Below are positions 6,854 to 13,031 of a stretch of 13,031 nucleotides of DNA, in pieces. Numbering within the stretch: the first letter of the stretch is position 1; each line of letters begins with the position of its first letter. The stretch comes from Candidatus Heimdallarchaeota archaeon (GTDB taxonomy: Archaea; Asgardarchaeota; Heimdallarchaeia; Heimdallarchaeales; DAOWED01). A program made the translations under genes and the position numbers. Under the pieces are notes generated by a model. The model did not search any database and was not told the origin of the DNA. It saw only the letters and a program-made list of their open reading frames with translations. Where the stretch lies: contig DAOWED010000050.1 in NCBI GenBank assembly GCA_030638685.1, forward strand, positions 1-13,031. Direction: 5' to 3'.

Positions 6854-8929
6854 GTGGAAACAGCTAAAGGCATAAGAATTGGGATTGATACAGGAGGTAC
6901 TTTCACCGATTTAATCGCTATTGACGAGAGGGAAACGACAAATCTTCATAAAGTACCATCTACTCCTGAAAACCCGGAAAAAGCAGTTATCACTGGAATA
7001 ATGGAGCTTCTTAGCAAAATTTCTAGAACTCCCGAAGATGTGGTACAAATCATTCATGGTAGCACGGTAGGCGTTAATGCTCTCCTTCAAGGTGATTATC
7101 CCGAAACCGCCTTAATAACAACTCAAGGTTTTGCTGATGTAATTGAGATTGGGCGGCAAAGAAGACCCTTTTTGTATAGTTTAGGGGCTCAACCGCTTTT
7201 AACCTTACTTCCTCAAAAGAATAGGTTTGAGATCGAAGAAAGGCTTGATTCAAAAGGAAAAGAGATTGTTCCTTTATCTCTGAAGACTATTTCTTCAATT
7301 AAAGAGCAGATTAAAGATCGAAAAATAAAATCAGTGGCAATATGTTTATTGTTTTCCTTTTTAAACCCAAAACATGAACAATTAGTTAAAAAAGAACTAG
7401 AGGATTTGGATATTCATATTTCGTTATCGAGTGAAGTAGCACCAGTAATTCGAGAATATGAACGAACAGTAACAACTGTAGTAAACGCATTGGTGACACC
7501 TGTCCTCCAAAAATATCTTTCAAAACTGGAGAATGAACTTAAGGAGCTGGGTTTTAAGAGCAAATTACAGATTATGAAATCAAATACTGGAGTAGCAACA
7601 TTATCTGAAATAAAAAATAGAGCAGTGAACTCTCTTCTTGGAGGATTAGCCGGAGGAGTAATGGCAGGAACAGCTAGTGCCCGAAGTGAAAATCTAAACC
7701 ATGTAATTACTTTTGATATAGGAGGGACGAGTTGTGACGTTTCAACAATTGAAGAGAAGAACCCTAGCTTAAAGGACCATTTTGAGATTGGGGGTTATAA
7801 AGTAATGTCTCCATCAGTCGAAGTAGAAACAATAGGTGCCGGAGGAGGGTCAATTGCAAAAATTGAGGAAGGGTTACTATTAGTGGGTCCAGAGAGTCAA
7901 GGGGCAGATCCCGGACCAGCATGTTATAATTTGGGTGGAACAAAAGCAACGGTAACTGATGCCAACCTTACACTAGGGATACTTGATCCTGAAAACTTTG
8001 CAGGACAAGAGAAAGGGTTAAACGTCAAAAGATCGCGTGAAGTAATTGAAAAAATAGCAGACCAAGTAGAATTAAGTTTACTGGATACGGCACGAGGGAT
8101 AAGAAAAATACTGAATAATAATATGGCACATGCTATTAGAAAACTAACTATAGAAAGAGGAAGGGATCCAAGAAATTATGTGCTTATTCCTTTTGGAGGG
8201 GCAGGACCTGTTCATGCAATAGATATAGCTGTTGAATTAAATATCCCAAAAGTAGCTATCCCTCCCTATCCGGGAATATGGTCAGCTATGGGTCTTTTGG
8301 ATAGTGAAACAAAAATAGATTTCATGCAGACTATTTTATTGGAATGTAAGAAAGAAAATGAAGCATCTATCAATGATATATTTGCTAGTCTAAAAGACAA
8401 AGCCCTTGATCAACTTATTTCTGATAACTTGAATGTGGATATGGCCATCTTTGGATATCAAGCCTCAATACAGTATGAGGGACAAGGATACAGCCTCCAA
8501 TTACCCCTTGAAATAGAAGAGCTCAACCTGATTGACTTGAGAAAAGAATTTGATAAGACTCATCAGAAAAGATACCAATGGAATGATGAACAAAGAGAAG
8601 TGAAAATTGTTGATCTATGGATCACAGTCAGTTTATCCCAAGAAAAAGTTCCGGAGCAAAAACTTGACAGAGGGAATCAAAACCCTCCAAAAACAGCTCT
8701 AATTGGCAAAAGAGAAGTTTATCTGGATGATGGTGATGTTGAAACTTGTACCGTTTATGATAGAAAATATCTTTTAGCTGACAATAAGGTTTCTGGACCG
8801 GCAATCATTCAACAGATGGATTCAACCAGTTATATTCCTTCAGGTGTTTATGCAGAAGTAACAGAGACAGGCTATCTCATGATAAATACGGAACCTTTGC
8901 TTTCAGAAAGCAATGAAAGGAGGAATTGA
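6854..8929 (+). CDS. hyuA: Hydantoinase/5-oxoprolinase family protein, HyuA-type subunit
   Basis: 691 aa, GTG start. GIDTGGTFTDLIAIDE, IHGSTVGVNALLQG, TTQGFADVIEIGRQRRP, VITFDIGGTSCDVSTIE, GAGGGSIAKIEEGLLLVGPESQGADPGPACYNLGGTKATVTDANLTLG, RDPRNYVLIPFGGAGPVHA. Confidence 0.95.
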   Translation: METAKGIRIGIDTGGTFTDLIAIDERETTNLHKVPSTPENPEKAVITGIMELLSKISRTPEDVVQIIHGSTVGVNALLQGDYPETALITTQGFADVIEIGRQRRPFLYSLGAQPLLTLLPQKNRFEIEERLDSKGKEIVPLSLKTISSIKEQIKDRKIKSVAICLLFSFLNPKHEQLVKKELEDLDIHISLSSEVAPVIREYERTVTTVVNALVTPVLQKYLSKLENELKELGFKSKLQIMKSNTGVATLSEIKNRAVNSLLGGLAGGVMAGTASARSENLNHVITFDIGGTSCDVSTIEEKNPSLKDHFEIGGYKVMSPSVEVETIGAGGGSIAKIEEGLLLVGPESQGADPGPACYNLGGTKATVTDANLTLGILDPENFAGQEKGLNVKRSREVIEKIADQVELSLLDTARGIRKILNNNMAHAIRKLTIERGRDPRNYVLIPFGGAGPVHAIDIAVELNIPKVAIPPYPGIWSAMGLLDSETKIDFMQTILLECKKENEASINDIFASLKDKALDQLISDNLNVDMAIFGYQASIQYEGQGYSLQLPLEIEELNLIDLRKEFDKTHQKRYQWNDEQREVKIVDLWITVSLSQEKVPEQKLDRGNQNPPKTALIGKREVYLDDGDVETCTVYDRKYLLADNKVSGPAIIQQMDSTSYIPSGVYAEVTETGYLMINTEPLLSESNERRN
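8916..8923 (+). promoter_or_regulatory. Shine-Dalgarno motif for hyuB
   Basis: AAAGGAGG, 7 nt before the ATG at 8931. Confidence 0.75.
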
Positions 8930-8930
8930 T

Positions 8931-10508
8931 ATGGTAAAAATAAAAGATCCAATTACTGCCCAAGTGATCAATAATGCCCTAATTAATTCTGCTGAAGAAG
9001 CAGGATTAGCATTACAATTGAGTGCTTTTTCACCTAATATTAGAGAAAGGCTTGATTTTTCAACAGCAATATATGATGCAAACGGATTATTATTAGCACA
9101 AGCTGAACACATTCCAGTACACTTAGGGGCAATGATTGAGGGAGTTAAATTTCTTAATGAACAGTTTGAATTTACTAAGCTTGATAAAAATGATATAATT
9201 ATCAATAATGATCCTTATCTGGGAGGAACTCATCTTCCTGATATTTCATTAACGGCTCCTATCTTTGTAGATGAGAAGCTGGTAGGAATAATAACAAATA
9301 GAGCCCATCACGCTGATGTAGGGGGTTTATTACCCGGTTCAATGCCTGGAGGAGAATATACTCTTGATGAAGAGGGCTATGTTATCAAACCTCAGTTTCT
9401 AATAAAGAACAACCAGTGGAATGATACCTTAATGAATGATTTTCTAAGTAAAGTTCGTTCCCCTGAAGGAAGAAAAGGCGATTTACAAGCACAAATAGCT
9501 GGTATAAGAATTGGGCAAAAAAATATTAGGGAATTATGGTCTCAATATCCTCATGAGGTAATAGACGAAACAATAGCCTTTCTTAGAAGAAGGTCTTCAT
9601 TAGGTTTCAACAATATTCTTCAAAGACTTCCAGAAACGATTAATCTGACAGAAGTAGATTTTCTAGATGATGATGGAGTAACAGAAGAACCGGTGAAAAT
9701 AGAAGTAACCCTTACTCGAGAGGGTGACCGATTAATATTCGACTTTAGCAACTCCTCCCCTCAAACTAAAGGAAATATTAATGCACCTCGAGCAGTTAGT
9801 CTTTCTGCAGTTTTTTATGTGATTCGTTCTCTTATTCCATCAACTTACCCTACCAATGCTGGTCTTTATACTAACCTCTCCATTATAACTAAGGAAGGAA
9901 CTGTACTTCACCCATTAACTCCTGCAGGAGTAGCTGGAGGGAATGTTGAAACTTCACAAAGAATTGTCGATGTTGTGCTGAAAGCCTTTTCTCATTTGTT
10001 ACCTAAAGAAATACATGCTGCAAATTGTGGTTCTATGAATAACATTGCAATAGGTTCTGATGAACGCCAATTTACTTACTATGAAACAATAGCTGGTGGA
10101 TTGGGAGCCGGATATGGTTTCAACGGAAGGAATGCTACTCATGCAGCAATGACTAATACTGGAAACACTCCTGTTGAAATTTTGGAAACGGAAACTCCAC
10201 TACGAGTAAATGAATACTCGATTAATTGGTCTGATGAAGGTAATGGAAAATGGAAAGGAGGAAATGGAATTATTAGAGAAGTTGAAATATTAGCAGAACC
10301 GGCTGTTTTATCAATACTAAGTGATCGCAGAAAATTCGCACCATATGGTCTTTTTGGAGGGAAAGATGGTGCAAAAGGAGCAAATTACTTGATCAGAAAT
10401 GAGAAAAAAATCGCTCTAAAAGGAAAAACAACAATGCCTCTTCAGAAAGGAGATATAATTATTATACAAACACCAGGAGGAGGAGGCTACGGCGAAGAAG
10501 AAAGATGA
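8931..10508 (+). CDS. hyuB: Hydantoinase/5-oxoprolinase family protein, HyuB-type subunit
   Basis: FSPNIRERLDFSTAIYDANGLLLAQAEHIPVHLGAM, IIINNDPYLGGTHLPDISL, NRAHHADVGGLLPGSMPGG, C-terminal GDIIIIQTPGGGGYG. The track starts it at 8913, but the SD motif and the 1-nt gap after the hyuA stop favour 8931. Confidence 0.95.
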   Translation: MVKIKDPITAQVINNALINSAEEAGLALQLSAFSPNIRERLDFSTAIYDANGLLLAQAEHIPVHLGAMIEGVKFLNEQFEFTKLDKNDIIINNDPYLGGTHLPDISLTAPIFVDEKLVGIITNRAHHADVGGLLPGSMPGGEYTLDEEGYVIKPQFLIKNNQWNDTLMNDFLSKVRSPEGRKGDLQAQIAGIRIGQKNIRELWSQYPHEVIDETIAFLRRRSSLGFNNILQRLPETINLTEVDFLDDDGVTEEPVKIEVTLTREGDRLIFDFSNSSPQTKGNINAPRAVSLSAVFYVIRSLIPSTYPTNAGLYTNLSIITKEGTVLHPLTPAGVAGGNVETSQRIVDVVLKAFSHLLPKEIHAANCGSMNNIAIGSDERQFTYYETIAGGLGAGYGFNGRNATHAAMTNTGNTPVEILETETPLRVNEYSINWSDEGNGKWKGGNGIIREVEILAEPAVLSILSDRRKFAPYGLFGGKDGAKGANYLIRNEKKIALKGKTTMPLQKGDIIIIQTPGGGGYGEEER

Positions 10509-10518
10509 CAAAGTTTGG

Positions 10519-11571
10519 TTATTTCAGAGTAAAGACCATTCTTGGCACATCATCGCACCCAGCTTCTTTCACCAAGTTAACGTTTGCTTCAATTAATCCC
10601 TTCTCAAGAAGTTTCTGAACAGCTTGAAAAATGAAAGACGTATATGACAAACCGACTTTGAGGTATTTTTCTGAATATTCTTTTTCTGAGACACCCCAAG
10701 CTTCGGACCAGTGGTGATTATTTGGTTTCAAGTAAAAGTCAATATGTTCCAATCCCTTCCCTTCTTCTTTCAATAAAGAAATAATTTTGTCAGCGATAAT
10801 GTTGATATCTGGTTCTCCAGTTGGAAGCCATTTATTCTCAATTAAGGTTTCAATGTTGATCTTTCCTGGCTTCATAAAAATTAAAGCATTTCTTGGGGCA
10901 GGAAATGGATGAAGCCCTTCAAATATTGGAGCATCAAATCCCCAAAGGAATGAACTGAAAGCTGCTTTTTCTGCATTGACTCCCAAGAAAAGAGGTTGTC
11001 CATTATTTGCGATCCATATACCATCTGTTTCTTTGTCAAAAATGAAGAAAGCGTACATTCCTTCTATTTCTTTACAAGCTTCTCTTATTGCTTCTGCGGT
11101 ATCAGAAATATCCTTTCTTTTCTCAGCAAGTACGTGAAGAAAGACCTCTGAGTCAGTAATGTACTCCTCTCCGTTTAGTGATCCCAATGATTGAAAAGTA
11201 TGATTTTTCCTAAGTTCTTTAAACTGTTTTTCCCACGAAATGATTCCATTGTGAGCCATTACAAAGTCTTTTTCTTCACGTAGGAATGGATGAGCATTTT
11301 CAGATCTATTTTTACCCGGTTCAATCTTTATTGCTAAAGAATACCTTGAGTGAACTATAGACCAAGTTGTTTCAACTTGAAGCTCTTTTTCAAAGTTGGA
11401 TAAAAACTCTTTCACTGGACCTGGTTGCTTGATTACTTTGAGCTCATTGTCTGTTTGAAAAGTAATACCTGTTGCTTGAGCTCCAATATAAGCTTCTTGA
11501 AGAGAAAGAGGTTCTAGTATCTCTTTTAATTGAAAATGATTAGTACTTATTATTCCCGCAAGATGACACAT
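10519..11571 (-). CDS. Standalone class II (Ntn-hydrolase) glutamine amidotransferase domain protein
   Basis: Begins MCHLAGI (nucleophile Cys2), then HSRYSLA, NAHPFL, MAHNGIISW, YITDSEVFLH, GMYAFFIFD, GQPLFLGV. No SIS, asparagine-synthetase or phosphoribosyltransferase domain follows. Confidence 0.87.
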   Translation of the reverse strand: MCHLAGIISTNHFQLKEILEPLSLQEAYIGAQATGITFQTDNELKVIKQPGPVKEFLSNFEKELQVETTWSIVHSRYSLAIKIEPGKNRSENAHPFLREEKDFVMAHNGIISWEKQFKELRKNHTFQSLGSLNGEEYITDSEVFLHVLAEKRKDISDTAEAIREACKEIEGMYAFFIFDKETDGIWIANNGQPLFLGVNAEKAAFSSFLWGFDAPIFEGLHPFPAPRNALIFMKPGKINIETLIENKWLPTGEPDINIIADKIISLLKEEGKGLEHIDFYLKPNNHHWSEAWGVSEKEYSEKYLKVGLSYTSFIFQAVQKLLEKGLIEANVNLVKEAGCDDVPRMVFTLK

Positions 11572-11614
11572 AAAAAGGAATAATTTTTTCTCTTTTTAGA
11601 GATTACTTTAAGTA

Positions 11615-12631
11615 CTACTGGATTGGGAACTTATTGGTATATTCATTTTTTATATGATCTAATGTTACTGAAGCATAAATCTGAGTAGTGTCCAAGCTTG
11701 CATGACCTAATAATGTTTGTAAAACTCTGATATTGAGTCCACCCATTGTTAGATGAGAGGCCATAGAATGACGGAGTTTATGAGGAGAACAACTGCGAAT
11801 CTCCGCTTTTTCAGAATAATGGTTTACAACATGTTGAAGAGTTCTTTTTCCAACCCTTCTTCCTCTGTTGCTTACTAGTAATGCCATCGAAGTATCTTCT
11901 GATATGAATTGCCCATTTATTATTCTTTTATTTAATGTCTCTTTTCTACTTCTATTAGCTGGTTTTATTTTATTCTTAATTAGTTCTTTAGGTGATAATT
12001 CTCTATCAAGATAAAGCTCTAACACAATAGCAGCTCTTTTAGTAAGCATAACTGGCCTATCTTTTCCACCTTTTCCTTCCCTTATCATGATTTGGCCTCC
12101 TGTTTTTTCACCGTTATCGTCTTTATAGAATTTTAGATCTTCAAGGTTCATCTCTTTTAGCTCATTACATCTGCAACCGGTTGCGTATAGAACCTCAAGA
12201 ATTACTTGATGCATTAATGGTTTTTCGTAGTCTAGAAGCTTTTTAACTTCTTCAACTGTCAAAAATTTAGGTAAAGACTTTTTTCGCTTAGGATAGATTA
12301 ATTTTAACGCAGGATCGTTTTCTATCTCTTCTTCATTTTTTAAAAATTTGAAAAATGCTTTTGTTGTGCAAATTCTTCTGTGGATAGATGATGACTTGGC
12401 CTTTCTTTCCTCTCCTAAATAAGTTAGAAAACCTCTTAGATGACTGGTTTTTATATTATCCCAATTAATTCTCTCTTCTCCATTAATTATTCCCTCTCTT
12501 TGGAAATACTTGAATAACAGTTGTAAATCTATTGAATAACTATCAATGGTATTTTGCCTGCTATTCTTTTCATATTTCAGAAAACTCATAAAATTTTTAA
12601 CTTCAGTAGGTAGGTTAGTAATGTTGACCAT
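11615..12631 (-). CDS. Tyrosine recombinase, XerA/XerC/XerD-like
   Basis: SAM-like N-terminal core-binding domain (FLKYEKNSRQNTIDSYSIDLQLLFKYFQ). Catalytic set complete: ATGCRCNEL (R), GKGGKDRPV (K), SPHKLRHSMASH (HxLR), LLGHASLDTTQIYASV (H and Y). The track start at 12664 is a TTG; the internal ATG at 12631 may be the true start. Confidence 0.93.
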   Translation of the reverse strand: MVNITNLPTEVKNFMSFLKYEKNSRQNTIDSYSIDLQLLFKYFQREGIINGEERINWDNIKTSHLRGFLTYLGEERKAKSSSIHRRICTTKAFFKFLKNEEEIENDPALKLIYPKRKKSLPKFLTVEEVKKLLDYEKPLMHQVILEVLYATGCRCNELKEMNLEDLKFYKDDNGEKTGGQIMIREGKGGKDRPVMLTKRAAIVLELYLDRELSPKELIKNKIKPANRSRKETLNKRIINGQFISEDTSMALLVSNRGRRVGKRTLQHVVNHYSEKAEIRSCSPHKLRHSMASHLTMGGLNIRVLQTLLGHASLDTTQIYASVTLDHIKNEYTNKFPIQ

Positions 12632-12799
12632 ATTATTTTCATTCCTTTTTCGAGTTATGTGCAATAAGTTAAAACAGTCAGTAATACTGGGATAATATCA
12701 TAGAGTATATAATTATTTCTGAACAATAATTGCAGAATGGGAAAAAGTGCAAAAAGAAAGGATAAAACCAAATTATGAACTAATTTTAAAAAAGGTTAA

Positions 12800-12816
12800 T
12801 GAGCCAAAAAGGCTCA
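12800..12816 (-). terminator. Hairpin terminator candidate for the truncated ABC permease gene
   Basis: Perfect 6-bp stem TGAGCC-AAAAA-GGCTCA downstream of the minus-strand stop (12840-12842), followed on the minus strand by a T-rich tract (TTAACCTTTTTTAAAATTA). Confidence 0.6.
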
Positions 12817-12839
12817 AAGTTCAAAACTATTAGTATCTA

Positions 12840-13031
12840 CTAGTAACTGATACGAGGATCAACTAATGCATAAAGAATGTCCGCCACTAAATTAGCGTAG
12901 ATGACGAGAGTACCGGTGACCAAAGATGTACCCATAATTATTGGCCAATCTCTCTGGAAAGCAGCAGCGATAAACATCATTCCTATACCGGGGTATTGGA
13001 ACACCATTTCTACCATTGCTGCACCACCAAT
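12840..13031 (-). CDS. ABC transporter permease, DppB/DppC-like (binding-protein-dependent peptide/nickel transport), C-terminal part only
   Basis: Minus-strand translation ...IGGAAMVEMVFQYPGIGMMFIAAAFQRDWPIIMGTSLVTGTLVIYANLVADILYALVDPRISY*, matching the conserved C-terminal region of this permease family. Truncated by the window edge and absent from the ORF track. Confidence 0.9.
   Translation of the reverse strand: MGGAAMVEMVFQYPGIGMMFIAAAFQRDWPIIMGTSLVTGTLVIYANLVADILYALVDPRISY

Noticed and set aside
7764-7949. 61-aa minus-strand ORF
   Set aside because: Fully antisense to conserved hyuA coding sequence; Leu-rich shadow ORF.
8903-9205. 100-aa minus-strand ORF
   Set aside because: Antisense to the start of hyuB and the end of hyuA; no support.
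11589-11602. TCTC-TTTTTA-GAGA inverted repeat between the recombinase and amidotransferase genes
   Set aside because: Only a 4-bp stem with no following T-run on the relevant minus strand; likely chance in AT-rich DNA.
10509-12631. Defence or mobile island built from the amidotransferase and tyrosine recombinase
   Set aside because: No nuclease, methylase, helicase, reverse transcriptase or direct repeats are present, and adjacency on one strand alone is insufficient.
12690-12720. dif-like recombination site upstream of the Xer gene (GGATAATATCATAGAGTATATAATTATTTC)
   Set aside because: Checked as an 11-6-11 arrangement; the arms do not form a convincing inverted repeat. AT-rich promoter-like sequence is a simpler explanation.
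1-13031. CRISPR array or tRNA/rRNA gene
   Set aside because: No regularly spaced repeats and no tRNA-like cloverleaf or conserved rRNA segment noticed; intergenic gaps are all short.

Overview
This is a compact, AT-rich window with 11 well-supported ORFs plus two truncated edge genes absent from the supplied ORF track. From left to right it holds: the C-terminal end of a + strand gene; a 535-aa multidomain protein, possibly longin/roadblock-like; a TauE/SafE-type permease; a secreted, membrane-anchored M28 (glutaminyl-cyclase-like) metallopeptidase; a helical 287-aa orphan; PlsY (glycerol-3-phosphate acyltransferase); orphans of 79 and 185 aa; a HyuA/HyuB (hydantoinase/5-oxoprolinase family) operon; a standalone class II glutamine amidotransferase; a Xer-type tyrosine recombinase; and the C-terminus of a DppB/DppC-type ABC permease. 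Initiation signals look archaeal: a TATA-like box about 27 nt upstream of an apparently leaderless hyuA, and Shine-Dalgarno motifs at internal genes. With the longin/roadblock-like ORF this suggests an Asgard-type (Heimdallarchaeia-like) archaeon, but that is inference only. I see no CRISPR array, rRNA, tRNA or recognisable defence system. The most interesting points are PlsY in an apparently archaeal background, the standalone class II amidotransferase with an uncharacterised C-terminal region, the 535-aa protein, and a speculative link between the QC-like M28 enzyme and the 5-oxoprolinase-family pair. I found no clear evidence for a wholly new multi-gene system.
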